Below are positions 19,630-29,681 of a stretch of DNA of 64,000 nucleotides, piece by piece (position 1 is the stretch's first letter; each line of letters starts with the position of its first letter). Below the pieces are notes generated by a model that saw only the letters and a list, made by a program, of their open reading frames with translations, was not told where the DNA came from and did not search any database. The position numbers and the translations under genes were made by a program. Source of the DNA: Candidatus Pacebacteria bacterium RIFOXYA1_FULL_38_18 (GTDB lineage Bacteria > Patescibacteriota > Microgenomatia > UBA1400 > PJMF01); contig MFWV01000009.1 of the NCBI GenBank assembly GCA_001787405.1, positions 26,278 through 90,277 of the forward strand, read 5' to 3'.

Positions 19630-21358
19630 ACTTTCCAACTTATTAAAACTTAAAACTACCAAAAAGTGGTTGATTTTAATCATTAGTCTCGGCATCATTT
19701 TGGGTGGAATATTTTTAGCTATTCGTAAGATGAGAATTTCTCAAGGAATGTGGTATTCCTTTGATGATGTCCATGTTATCAGAACCGTGGCTATGGCTCA
19801 TGAACTTGAGCGCGGTCAATTTCCAGTCAGAATACTCAGTGATTTTGGTAATGGTGGCGGTTATCTTTTTTTTAATTTTTATTCTCCGCTGGTTTATTAC
19901 TTGACTGCTGGATTGGTTTTTCTTGGTAATCATCCGCTCAATGCCGTTAAGCTTGCTTTTCAGTTGTGTTATTTACTGGGAGCCTTGGGCATGTGGACTT
20001 GGTTGCGCCGACTCTTTCCTCAAAAACCCTGGGTCGCTGTTATCGGTAGCTTGTTGCTGATTGGTAGCGGTTATTTCAACTATGATGCTTATGTGAGAGG
20101 TTCATTGGGCGAATTGAGTGGTTTTGCCCTTACTCCCTGGCTTTTTTGGCTTTATGAAAATCTGAAAACTAGCCCAAGAAATAAACTGAGTATTGGTTTG
20201 CTGGCGCTAGCTATCAGTACTTTCATGTATGTTCATATGATTACAGCCTTTATTGTTTTGCCTTTTCTGGGTTTGCGTTGGATTTGGGATCTTTATTTTC
20301 ATCAACTCAAACCAACCAAACGCTGGAATTTGGCTTGGGCAGGCTTACTATCAATAGGTCTTTCAGCTTCCTATCTTTTGCCAGTAATAGTCGAAAAATC
20401 ATTGGTTTGGTACAGTCAAATAGATTATGTCACCCAAGGCTTTCAAAGTGGCTTTGTTTCTTTTGTTGAACTGGTCGGTTGGCAAAAAAATGCCGATCCC
20501 ACCATTCTGCCCATGACTGTTGGGTCCTGGTTGAGCCTGAGTGCTGGGATAGCGATCATCTTCAGTTGGCAACAATTAAAAAGATTGACTGGCAAACAGA
20601 TGATGGTGCAATCCTCACTCTGGTGGTTTGCTGTCAGCGGTTTATTGTTGGCATTATTTATTCAAAGTAAATGGAGTAGAGTGATTTGGGAAAATAGTAG
20701 TCTTTTGCAAATGACTCAATTTCCCTCTCGTTATCTAATGATTATCAGCCTTTTGGCTGTCTTGATTGTTAGCCTGGGCTTGGCTAATTGGAAAAAAGAT
20801 CTAATTGCTATTTTATTGGGAATTACTCTTCTTTCTTTGACTTGGTGGCAAAATCAGCCGCTCATGACCCCGTCCGGATATTACTTTACTGATGAGTTTA
20901 GAGCAGAAGATCTGTGTAGCTCCTCAACTTGGCAGTACGAATATCTACCCAAATGGACACAGGAGTGTTTGCCAAAAGGTCACTCTTTTCCCATAGCGAC
21001 CAGCTCAGAAGCCTTGGAAATCTTGGACGTTCAAGTGGCCGATAACCTCACTTCACTGGAGATAAAAACCAATGGAAAACCTGGCGAATTAATCATTACT
21101 CGTTATTATTTTCCTGGTTGGCAAATCAAGAGTGATCAGCAAATTCTTGAGTCTTATCCTGTTGGTAAATATGGTTTGTTGGGTGCACGAATATCCACCA
21201 ATCAAACTCAACTTAGTGTTCAGTTTACCGACACTCCCATTAGAACTTGGGCCAATAATATTTCAATCAGTAGTTTAATTATAGGATTATGGTTGATAAC
21301 GACCGATAGTATTACTTTGATTAGAAAAAAATTAAAGCTGAAATTCAAAAAACCTTAA
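19607..21358 (+). CDS. Large polytopic membrane protein, GT-C/YfhO-like (paralog B)
   Basis: MWYSFDDVHVIRTVAMAHELERGQFPVRIL...GNGGGYLFFNFYSPLVYY, and a C-terminal domain with YFPGWQ before the final TM. The start is chosen at the internal MYKKII; the ORF track start is 19589. Confidence 0.7.
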   Translation: MYKKIITKLSNLLKLKTTKKWLILIISLGIILGGIFLAIRKMRISQGMWYSFDDVHVIRTVAMAHELERGQFPVRILSDFGNGGGYLFFNFYSPLVYYLTAGLVFLGNHPLNAVKLAFQLCYLLGALGMWTWLRRLFPQKPWVAVIGSLLLIGSGYFNYDAYVRGSLGELSGFALTPWLFWLYENLKTSPRNKLSIGLLALAISTFMYVHMITAFIVLPFLGLRWIWDLYFHQLKPTKRWNLAWAGLLSIGLSASYLLPVIVEKSLVWYSQIDYVTQGFQSGFVSFVELVGWQKNADPTILPMTVGSWLSLSAGIAIIFSWQQLKRLTGKQMMVQSSLWWFAVSGLLLALFIQSKWSRVIWENSSLLQMTQFPSRYLMIISLLAVLIVSLGLANWKKDLIAILLGITLLSLTWWQNQPLMTPSGYYFTDEFRAEDLCSSSTWQYEYLPKWTQECLPKGHSFPIATSSEALEILDVQVADNLTSLEIKTNGKPGELIITRYYFPGWQIKSDQQILESYPVGKYGLLGARISTNQTQLSVQFTDTPIRTWANNISISSLIIGLWLITTDSITLIRKKLKLKFKKP

Positions 21359-21411
21359 ATTATAGGATGTTGATAATTTAAAATAGAGTAGGGGAGTATT
21401 TTTTTTAAATC

Positions 21412-23088
21412 ATGAGGAAAAATATAAGCTTAATTTTATTGACTGTTATTGTGACGTTGGGTTTTATTTTCCGATTCATTAATTTGACTGACACCCCTGC
21501 TGGTTTTAATTGGGATGAGGCTTCTGTCGGTTACAATGCTTATTCTCTGTTATTGACTGGCAAAGACGAGTTCGGTCGCAGTTGGCCCATATTTATTGAA
21601 TCATTTGGTGATTTCAAAACTGGACTCTATAGTATGATGCTTGTGCCTATCATTAATTGTCTGGGTCTTAATGTTTTCTCAGTTAGAGTGCTCAATGTTT
21701 TTATTGGTACCAGTTTGATTATTGCCGGTTATTTTTTGGGGAAACAATACTTTAAAAGAACAACAGAGGCCCTAATACTAGCTGGTTTATTGGCTTTCTC
21801 ACCTTTGGCGATTCATTTATCACGCTTTACGCTGGAATGGTACGCTGCCCTACCTCTTTTTGTAACAGGAGTCGGGTTATTAATTCATGAAAAAAAATTC
21901 AGTTGGCGTCTGATTCTAGCTACCGTTTTATTGGGTTTTAGTTTGTACTGGTATCACAGTCTGCGATTAATCTTACCGTTCTTTCTCTTCAGTTACTTTC
22001 TAATTTATCGTTCGCAACTACTCAAAGAGAAAAAAATCTTTATTTTGAGTTTGGTTGTAGGTTTACTCAGCATCACTCCCCTCTTGATTGCTTTCAAACA
22101 AAATAATATTTTGACCAGACCTCAGGCGGTAGCCATTTTTAATGATAGTGAACAGCAAAGATTGCAAACAGAAAGCTTATATCGTTTTACGACCGCCAGT
22201 GTTCCTTTGCGCAGAATCTTGGCCAATAAAGGAGTTTATTATTTGCAAGAAATTGCCTATCGATATCTAGGTCATTTTTCTCCTGAGTTTTTATTTTTTG
22301 GCACTGATGCCACTCCCAGAATCAGCATTCATCAAGTAGGCAAACTACAATTAGTAGCGCTCCCCTTTCTAATTATTGGTTTTGCCGAAGTTTTGAAAAA
22401 ACGAAGTAAAGAGAATCTGCTGATTTTAAGCTGGGTTTTTCTAGCTCCTCTGCCCGCCAGCCTAACCACTGATGCACCACATGGCTTGCGCAGTTTATTA
22501 CTTTTGCCTGTTTTATTATTGATTGTCGTGATTGGCTTGAGCAGAGTTCATCTTTATTTTAAAAAGCATTGGTCGTCAACTTCAGTCACTTTGATGGAAG
22601 CTTTTATCTTTCTTGTTTTTATGGCAAATTTTCTTTCACAAATTTCGCATTATTTTCTTTTTTATGCGGAGGAAACTACCTCTTATTGGCAAGCTGATCA
22701 ACAAGAAATGGTTCATAAATTAAATCTTTATAAAGATCAATATCAACAAGTTTTGGTTAGCACTGATGATGGCCAACCTTATATTTTTATTGCCTTTTTT
22801 ACCCCAATTAACCCTTTAGAGTTTCAACAAGCCATCAAAAATCAACAACAAATTTTTAATTCTAGGGTTAATCAACTGGGTAACCTCATTTTTAAAACCA
22901 TTCATTCTGAAGATTATTGTCTGCCAAATACTCTAATCATTACCAAAAACTTTCCAGTAGTAAAAAATCTAAAACCAATCGCCACTGTTTATCTGCCAAA
23001 TCGTTGGCATGAACCTAAAGAGAGTTTTTATTTCTTTGAAACTGACAATCCCCTCATTCGGAGTCAATTATGTCCGGTTGAAAAATAG
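21412..23088 (+). CDS. GT-C family membrane glycosyltransferase (ArnT/PMT-like)
   Basis: RFINLTDTPAGFNWDEASVGYNAYSLLLTGKDEFGRSW; polytopic. Confidence 0.85.
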   Translation: MRKNISLILLTVIVTLGFIFRFINLTDTPAGFNWDEASVGYNAYSLLLTGKDEFGRSWPIFIESFGDFKTGLYSMMLVPIINCLGLNVFSVRVLNVFIGTSLIIAGYFLGKQYFKRTTEALILAGLLAFSPLAIHLSRFTLEWYAALPLFVTGVGLLIHEKKFSWRLILATVLLGFSLYWYHSLRLILPFFLFSYFLIYRSQLLKEKKIFILSLVVGLLSITPLLIAFKQNNILTRPQAVAIFNDSEQQRLQTESLYRFTTASVPLRRILANKGVYYLQEIAYRYLGHFSPEFLFFGTDATPRISIHQVGKLQLVALPFLIIGFAEVLKKRSKENLLILSWVFLAPLPASLTTDAPHGLRSLLLLPVLLLIVVIGLSRVHLYFKKHWSSTSVTLMEAFIFLVFMANFLSQISHYFLFYAEETTSYWQADQQEMVHKLNLYKDQYQQVLVSTDDGQPYIFIAFFTPINPLEFQQAIKNQQQIFNSRVNQLGNLIFKTIHSEDYCLPNTLIITKNFPVVKNLKPIATVYLPNRWHEPKESFYFFETDNPLIRSQLCPVEK

Positions 23089-23107
23089 TTTTCCTTTTGA
23101 AACTGAT

Positions 23108-24607
23108 TTATTTTCTCAATAAACTGTGCACTTCCTTGTTGAGCTGGCGCCAACCAAATAAAGCAATACTCAGTAAATAAATCAGGCCACTTGAAATTAT
23201 GCCAATAACTAACATTCGCAAACCCTGAGTCCAGATTTGCATACCTAGTAAACCTAAAGTAGCCATGATTACTGATCCTATTAAAGCCAATTTTACTTGA
23301 GGAAAAACCTCGATTGGGACATATTTTTTGACCATCCTAATTGACAAAACCGAGGTAAAAGAAATGATTAGTGCCGACCAAGCCACTCCGTTAAATCCAA
23401 CTTTCCAAAGCAAAAGCGGAGTGATAATCCAAGTTAGCATTGTCCATAAACTCATTAATTTTAAAGTCTTATTGATCTGTCCAATAGCATTGAGTGTATT
23501 GACCAAGGGAGTAGAAAGAGCTGCCCAACCGATGCTTAGTGCAAATAAAATAAAGCTGACCACGGCAGGCTCCCATTGTTTATATCTCTCTACTACTTGA
23601 ATTAACGGCCAAATAAAAACACTCATTGCTGTCAAAATAGGAAAAATGGCCAAAGAAATGAAAAACAGTGATTTTTCGATCGCTTTTTTGAGTAAGTCAG
23701 TACGTGATTGTAAACGCGAATAAGTGGGAAAAGTGATGGCTAATACGTTCTGGACAGTGAGGTTATATGGGTATTGCGACCAGCTTTTTGCCCATTGAAT
23801 ATAACCAAATTGATCTAATGGTAAAAATATGCCCAGTCCCAAAAAGAAAAGTTGATCTTTGATGCGAGCTAGAAAATCATTGAGCTGAAACTTTACGCCA
23901 TAACTCAATAATGATTTGAGTACTTTAGTATTCCAACGCAAGCCAATTTCCCGCCACGGTTCGATCGACCACATAATTATTACTCCCACGATGGACCTGG
24001 CCACAATGGCATAGGCATAAGAAATAACTCCAAAGCCATGCCAAGCTAGATAAACCAGCAAACCATAAAAAACTATTTGCTCAAAAATTTGGGGAATAAC
24101 CAATTTATTAAATAATAATTTACGCTCCAACTTGATGGAAGAAATTGTTTTCAAGGTAGCCAGAGGAAATGAGATAGCCAAGCTGACTAGCAACCAAGCT
24201 CCAGCCCCACCCACTTTGGCTTGAACCCAGCCCGTTAGCAACAACAAAATAATGATTCCTACAATCAACCAACTCAATAGCCACTGAAGAGTAAACACCA
24301 CTCTATATTCACTTTTGTTTGGCTCATCCTTTTTTTGCACCAATGCCGCAGCCAAACCAATATCGGAAAAGAAAATTAACAACCCAATAATCTGAATCAC
24401 GAAACCGTATATGCCAAAATCTTCTGGCGAAAAAAAGGCACTCAAAATCAAAGCCGAAACCAAACCAATGATCTGTAAAACCGCTGTTCTCAAAAAATAA
24501 GATAAAGCGCCCATTACAGAGCGATGTTTAATATTGGCAATTTCTTCTGCGTCAGTTAATAACTCTTCAACTTCGTCTGTGGTATCAACTGGAGTGTGTT
24601 GAATCAT
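23108..24607 (-). CDS. Polysaccharide/oligosaccharide flippase (Wzx-like, MOP superfamily)
   Basis: About 12-14 TM segments with the typical N-terminal HRSVMGALSYFLRTAVLQIIGLVSALILSAFFSPEDFGIYG pattern of polysaccharide biosynthesis proteins. Confidence 0.75.
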   Translation of the reverse strand: MIQHTPVDTTDEVEELLTDAEEIANIKHRSVMGALSYFLRTAVLQIIGLVSALILSAFFSPEDFGIYGFVIQIIGLLIFFSDIGLAAALVQKKDEPNKSEYRVVFTLQWLLSWLIVGIIILLLLTGWVQAKVGGAGAWLLVSLAISFPLATLKTISSIKLERKLLFNKLVIPQIFEQIVFYGLLVYLAWHGFGVISYAYAIVARSIVGVIIMWSIEPWREIGLRWNTKVLKSLLSYGVKFQLNDFLARIKDQLFFLGLGIFLPLDQFGYIQWAKSWSQYPYNLTVQNVLAITFPTYSRLQSRTDLLKKAIEKSLFFISLAIFPILTAMSVFIWPLIQVVERYKQWEPAVVSFILFALSIGWAALSTPLVNTLNAIGQINKTLKLMSLWTMLTWIITPLLLWKVGFNGVAWSALIISFTSVLSIRMVKKYVPIEVFPQVKLALIGSVIMATLGLLGMQIWTQGLRMLVIGIISSGLIYLLSIALFGWRQLNKEVHSLLRK

Positions 24608-26379
24608 GATTTATTTTTTTTCTTTAAATTTAATGAATTTAATTGTTTTTTGGGAATCAATAAAAAGACCAATATCAACCAAGAAAATAAACTAAGTAAG
24701 TCAGCATATTTTCTAACGGGAGTAGACAGAAAACGTAAAGCAACTAAATGCTGGCCGGCTGGCACTGTTACAGAGATATTGCCATTTTCACCAATCTGGC
24801 GATTCCAGCGTTGGTTATCAATTTCTAGCCCCCAGCCGGGATAGTCGGCTACGGCCAGCTCAAGAGTGGCCTCACTGGTAAAATTAGTCTTGATCAATTT
24901 TTCATGTACTCGTTCCACCAATATCTCGAAACTATCTGCTGGTAATTCTTGACTATTGATAATTAACTCTTCCGGAATCAAGGTCGGCGGGATGGGCATG
25001 CCCACTACTGCATAATCAGGCAGAATATTACTCAGGTTTTTTCTCATCAAAAGTGGATCGGTATAATAATAGTCTTCATTGCGCTCCAAAAATTTTTCTG
25101 GTCTAAAATAAGTCACTGAACCAATGACCATGATGATCACTAGTAATAATGAACCATAAACTCTTGTCAATTTATTTTTGATAAACCAAGTCAGACTGCC
25201 AATCAAAAGAGCGATTAATAGAATAATAATGCTCAACCATCTCCAGGGGAACTGAGCATATTTTAATAAAAATATTTGATCCCACAACCACTGTGATTTC
25301 AGTAAAGACATATAAAAACCAATCAAAAGTAAAAAGCCGAAAAGTAATACCAAGCCCAAAACTTTTTTTGAAGGAAAAAGCGGTTGGCGACCTCTCAGCC
25401 AATTCCAAAATCTTCCTACACTGATCAAACCCAACACGCCCAAACTAAGCCACTGTCCCCAACCCAGGAAAAAAGAAATATCATCATCTACTCCCCAAGC
25501 ACTGCCACCATAATCCCAATTGGGTTGAAAAAATTGCCTGATATATAAAAAATGTAAACGATAATCAAAATAATAAGTAAAGATCGTATCTTCTATTTGA
25601 GTGAGGTTTTTTTCAAAAAACGCCGGTATTAAATAAAAAGCCGATAAACCCAAAGCCAACAATACACTTAGCGCTAGACTACCCAAAATTCTAACAAAGT
25701 TTCGCCAACGAAATTGATTGCGATAAAAAAACTCTGGTGCTTTGCGCCAAAATAAAATCACAAAAAACCCAAACACAAAAAGACCTAGGATAGGCATAAA
25801 AAGTAGAGTAATAATGTTGTGTGATAAAAATAATCCCACTAAGGCCAAACTCAGCATCAACCAGCCATTTTTCTCACGATGAAAAACCTTGATAACACCC
25901 AAGAAAATCCAAGGTAAAAATAGAATCGCCCAAGCTTCATTGAGCGCCCCTCTCACAAATAAATTGACTGCTCGATAAGGAGCCAGAGTTAGGGCAGCCG
26001 CAGTCAACAAACCACCACTTTTACCAAATAATTTTTTTCCCAACAGATAGCCACCCATGATGGTGCCCGCATTAACCACAAGAAAAAGTGCTTTGATGGC
26101 CAATACTACATCTGCACTCAACCAATAAATGATGGCTCCCAAATAAAAAGGCAGTGGACCATAAAACTCAAATAAAGGCATGCCGTAGCCAAATCCAAAA
26201 TTCTGCGTCCAACGAACGGGAAAATGACCGTCACCCAAGGCTCTCGTCATCTCAGCGATTCGACCAGCATGAGTATAGTCATGAATGCGAAAAAATTTGG
26301 GACTAAATAACGACCAAGAGCTGGCCAAAAAAATTAAAATCAAAAAATAAAGTGGCAACCAGGTTTTTATTTTTTTCAC
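24604..26379 (-). CDS. Large polytopic membrane protein, GT-C/YfhO-like (paralog C)
   Basis: FFRIHDYTHAGRIAEMTRALGDGHFPVRWTQNFGFGYGMPLFEFYGPLPFY, and a C-terminal YPGWG domain plus terminal TM. Confidence 0.7.
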   Translation of the reverse strand: MKKIKTWLPLYFLILIFLASSWSLFSPKFFRIHDYTHAGRIAEMTRALGDGHFPVRWTQNFGFGYGMPLFEFYGPLPFYLGAIIYWLSADVVLAIKALFLVVNAGTIMGGYLLGKKLFGKSGGLLTAAALTLAPYRAVNLFVRGALNEAWAILFLPWIFLGVIKVFHREKNGWLMLSLALVGLFLSHNIITLLFMPILGLFVFGFFVILFWRKAPEFFYRNQFRWRNFVRILGSLALSVLLALGLSAFYLIPAFFEKNLTQIEDTIFTYYFDYRLHFLYIRQFFQPNWDYGGSAWGVDDDISFFLGWGQWLSLGVLGLISVGRFWNWLRGRQPLFPSKKVLGLVLLFGFLLLIGFYMSLLKSQWLWDQIFLLKYAQFPWRWLSIIILLIALLIGSLTWFIKNKLTRVYGSLLLVIIMVIGSVTYFRPEKFLERNEDYYYTDPLLMRKNLSNILPDYAVVGMPIPPTLIPEELIINSQELPADSFEILVERVHEKLIKTNFTSEATLELAVADYPGWGLEIDNQRWNRQIGENGNISVTVPAGQHLVALRFLSTPVRKYADLLSLFSWLILVFLLIPKKQLNSLNLKKKNKS

Positions 26380-26428
26380 AAAGACATTGTAGCCTATCTA
26401 AGGGTGAATACCCAAGATGCTTTTGTTT

Positions 26429-26437
26429 TGCTACAAT
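26429..26437 (+). promoter_or_regulatory. Possible extended -10 element TGcTACAAT upstream of the LCP gene
   Basis: Sequence TGCTACAAT lies 25 nt upstream of the ATG at 26462. The -35 is weak. Confidence 0.25.
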
Positions 26438-26461
26438 TCCTATCAAACTAAGGTTTAATCT

Positions 26462-27649
26462 ATGAAAAAAACAACTGTTACCAAACAAGAAACTGCCAAG
26501 ACTCACTCTTCTAAAACTTTTCCCTCCGCTTCTATCACGTCTTTCTCAGATTCCAACCGGTCAAAATCTGATTTCAAGTTTGGGGAAGTTTTTCTCAAAG
26601 CAATTTTTTTGACGGCGGGCATCACTATTTTGATGTTACTAATAACTGCTCTAGGAATAGGAATCTGGAGCTATGGTCAATTCCAAAAATTCTTAACCAT
26701 CGCCAAACTTGATCGAGCAAGCTTGATTGAAGAATTAAAAACCGGTTGGCAAACAGCTCCCATAGCAGATCAAGATCATAAAAACATTTTATTATTGGGC
26801 ACAGACACAACTGCGGATCGTAGTAATTTTCCCACTCTAACCGATACCATCATGCTTTTTTCTATTAATCTTAAAAATGGAGAAATCAATACTCTCCCTT
26901 TACCCAGAGATTTGTGGAGTGATGTTTATCAAACTAAAATCAATGCTCTCTATATTTATGGTCAAGAACGTTATCCTGATAATCCAGAACAATTCACTGC
27001 TGAAGTCGTTCAAGAAATGACTGGCATACCCATCCACCACACTCTAGTTTTGTCCCTTGATCAACTTCAAGAACTGATCGATCTAGTAGATGGAGTGGAG
27101 ATAAAAGTAGAAAAAGGCTTCACCGATCCACTCTATCCCAAGTCTGATGTTGATGTTTCGGTGGAAACCGATCCAGAAATTCTTTATGAAACAATTGTTT
27201 TTGAAGCGGGAGAACAAAAACTATCTGGACCGCGAGCCTTACAATATATTCGCAGTAGACACAGTGAAGACGAACAAGGTCATGATTTAGCTCGTGGAGC
27301 GCGTCAACAACAAGTCATTGCTGCATTAATTACCAAACTTACTAACTACAAACTATTCCTCACTCAACCAGAATTAGCTGCCAAGCTCTATGTTTTTTAT
27401 CAAAGAGATTTTGCCAAAGCATTATCTTTACCAGAACTGGTTGCTACTATCAAAACATTATTGCCTTATCGAGAAAATTTGGAATTTACCAGTCATCAAC
27501 TGAGCGACATTGATGATGATCCCACTGACGGCGTCTTGGACAATCCGGCTCGTTTGTCAATCTATCAATATCAATGGGTTTACATCATCACTGATGAGCA
27601 AAAATTTCAAACACTAGTTCAAGAAAAACTAATTTTAGGTCATAATTAG
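26462..27649 (+). CDS. LytR-CpsA-Psr (LCP) family glycopolymer-to-peptidoglycan ligase
   Basis: N-terminal TM; ILLLGTDTTADRSNFPTLTDTIMLFSINL...LPRDLW...GPRALQYIRSRH are the LCP signature blocks. Confidence 0.85.
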   Translation: MKKTTVTKQETAKTHSSKTFPSASITSFSDSNRSKSDFKFGEVFLKAIFLTAGITILMLLITALGIGIWSYGQFQKFLTIAKLDRASLIEELKTGWQTAPIADQDHKNILLLGTDTTADRSNFPTLTDTIMLFSINLKNGEINTLPLPRDLWSDVYQTKINALYIYGQERYPDNPEQFTAEVVQEMTGIPIHHTLVLSLDQLQELIDLVDGVEIKVEKGFTDPLYPKSDVDVSVETDPEILYETIVFEAGEQKLSGPRALQYIRSRHSEDEQGHDLARGARQQQVIAALITKLTNYKLFLTQPELAAKLYVFYQRDFAKALSLPELVATIKTLLPYRENLEFTSHQLSDIDDDPTDGVLDNPARLSIYQYQWVYIITDEQKFQTLVQEKLILGHN

Positions 27650-27666
27650 CCAAAGTTAATCAATTT

Positions 27667-27861
27667 ATGTTTACCAAACTTCCCCAGCCAATTGAACCGC
27701 GGTTTGTCATTAGATTATTGGTAGCCATTATCGTAATACTGGCTTTTTTGGCTGGTTACTATCACTCAGCCCTTGGTGTCGAACAAGAAAAACTAAAACA
27801 ACTAGAAATTCAAATAGAGTCACTACAAATTAAAGAAATTGAAATTGAGGAAAAATTATGA
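27667..27861 (+). CDS. Small single-TM protein with coiled-coil tail (hypothetical; FtsB/DivIC-like architecture)
   Basis: 64 aa with a TM (VIRLLVAIIVILAFLAGYY) then EQEKLKQLEIQIESLQIKEIEIEE. Its stop overlaps the rmlB start, suggesting translational coupling. Confidence 0.4.
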   Translation: MFTKLPQPIEPRFVIRLLVAIIVILAFLAGYYHSALGVEQEKLKQLEIQIESLQIKEIEIEEKL

Positions 27862-28871
27862 GTCAAACAATTTTAGTTACTGGGGGAGCCGGATTTATCG
27901 GTGCCAACTTTATTCATTATTGGTTTAAAAACCATCCGGAAGATCAAATCATCAACTTGGATGTACTTACCTATGCAGGCAACTTGGATAATCTGACCAG
28001 TGTTAATGATTTGCCCAATTATACTTTTGTGAGAGGTGATATTCGTGATAAAGAACTTGTCAATAAAATCATGGATGAAATAGATGTCGTTGTTCATTTT
28101 GCAGCCGAATCACATGTGGATCGATCAATCAAAAATCCAGAAATTTTTTTGGAAACCAATATTATTGGTACCCAGATATTGCTAGAGTCTGCTCTCAAAC
28201 ATAATTTAAAACGTTTTCATCATATCTCTACTGATGAAGTTTTTGGGGCATTGCCTCTGAACACTACTGAGAAATTTACTCTGGATACTCCCTATAATCC
28301 CCACAGTCCCTACTCTGCCAGCAAGGCAGCAGCAGATCACTTGGTGCGCGCTTACGGCACTACTTATGGTCTGCCTTACACCATCACCAACTGCACCAAT
28401 AATTACGGCCCTTTCCAATTTCCGGAAAAATTCATTGCTCTTACTATCACCAATTTACTGGAAGGTAAAAAAATTCCTGTCTATGGCGACGGCCTCTATG
28501 TCAGAGATTGGTTACACACAGAAGATCATTGTCGGGCCATTGATCGAGTGCTTGCTGATGGAAAACTGGGTAAAACTTATCTTGTAGGTGGTATGACCAA
28601 AGATGTTTCCAACTTGGAAATCTCCAGAATGATTTTGGAAATCATGGGTGAAAGTGAAGATAAAATCGAACACGTCAAAGATCGACCTGGTCACGATCGC
28701 CGTTATGCTATTGATTGGAGTGAAACCAAAGCGCAGTTGGGTTGGGAACCGAGTATTACTCTGCAGAAAGGTCTAGAACAAACCGTAAAATGGTATCAAG
28801 AAAACCAAGCGTGGTGGAAAAAATTAAAACAAACCAATCAACAATATTTTACCGAACATTATAAAAATTAA
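27858..28871 (+). CDS. rmlB: dTDP-glucose 4,6-dehydratase
   Basis: ILVTGGAGFIGANF...HFAAESHVDRSI...YSASKAAADHLVRAY...TNCTNNYGPFQFPEKFI. Confidence 0.9.
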   Translation: MSQTILVTGGAGFIGANFIHYWFKNHPEDQIINLDVLTYAGNLDNLTSVNDLPNYTFVRGDIRDKELVNKIMDEIDVVVHFAAESHVDRSIKNPEIFLETNIIGTQILLESALKHNLKRFHHISTDEVFGALPLNTTEKFTLDTPYNPHSPYSASKAAADHLVRAYGTTYGLPYTITNCTNNYGPFQFPEKFIALTITNLLEGKKIPVYGDGLYVRDWLHTEDHCRAIDRVLADGKLGKTYLVGGMTKDVSNLEISRMILEIMGESEDKIEHVKDRPGHDRRYAIDWSETKAQLGWEPSITLQKGLEQTVKWYQENQAWWKKLKQTNQQYFTEHYKN

Positions 28872-28885
28872 GCCTAAGGATTTTT

Positions 28886-29671
28886 ATGAAAGTACTGCTA
28901 ACCAATGATGATGGCTATCAAGCCTTAGGTTTGCGCATCGTGGCCTCAATTCTGAAAGAAAAATTTGAACAAATTATTATTGCTGCTCCCAAAACTCAGC
29001 AAAGTTCTACTGGTGGGAGTTTCCCAGGAAAAGGTAATTGGGGTAAAGATCAAGTTGATGGGATGGAGGTTTTGTGGGTGGATGGTCCCCCTTCTGATGC
29101 AATAGAGCTGGCAGGAGAATTATATGGCAATGATTTTGATTTGATTTTTTCTGGTATGAATATGGGTACCAATGTAGGCTCAGTACCCGCTTCTGGCACA
29201 TTGGGCGCTGCTAACCATGCCCTAGAAAAAGCCATTGCCCCAAAAGCATTAGTTTTTAGTTGGCGAGTGCCGGAAGAGCTATGGGATAAAACTGCTCCCA
29301 ATCTACCTTTGGCAAAATATAAAAAATATCCCACCAGCACAGTGCGCAAATTGATTGAGCTGACTTTAGAAAATGATTTTTGGGGAGCTGAGTTATTAAA
29401 CTTCAATCTTCCTGAAAACCAACCTGATTTTCTGAGAATTTGCGAACCGGCCAAACAAGCTTATAAAAAATATTATGCCTATACTTTAGCGGTCGATCAC
29501 CAGGTCAAAACCTATCAAAAAATTGGTGCCGACCCCAGAATCTTAACCGGCGATTTGCATTTTGATGCCAATGCACTCTCTCAAGGCTATGCTACCGTTG
29601 TTCCTTGGCTCTCCAATCGCTATGTCAATCAGAACTTACTCAAGCTAATTGGTACAGAAATTAAGCTCTAG
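28886..29671 (+). CDS. surE: SurE-like 5'/3'-nucleotidase/phosphatase
   Basis: MKVLLTNDDGYQALGLRIVASIL...IIAAPKTQQSSTGGSF matches the SurE N-terminal LLxNDDG signature. About 260 aa. Confidence 0.65.
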   Translation: MKVLLTNDDGYQALGLRIVASILKEKFEQIIIAAPKTQQSSTGGSFPGKGNWGKDQVDGMEVLWVDGPPSDAIELAGELYGNDFDLIFSGMNMGTNVGSVPASGTLGAANHALEKAIAPKALVFSWRVPEELWDKTAPNLPLAKYKKYPTSTVRKLIELTLENDFWGAELLNFNLPENQPDFLRICEPAKQAYKKYYAYTLAVDHQVKTYQKIGADPRILTGDLHFDANALSQGYATVVPWLSNRYVNQNLLKLIGTEIKL

Positions 29672-29681
29672 AAAGATTTTT

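Noticed and set aside
28886-29671. Calling this gene rmlC or rmlA to complete the rhamnose pathway
   Set aside because: The sequence lacks the cupin or nucleotidyltransferase (GGxGTRL) motifs and instead has the SurE LLTNDDG signature.
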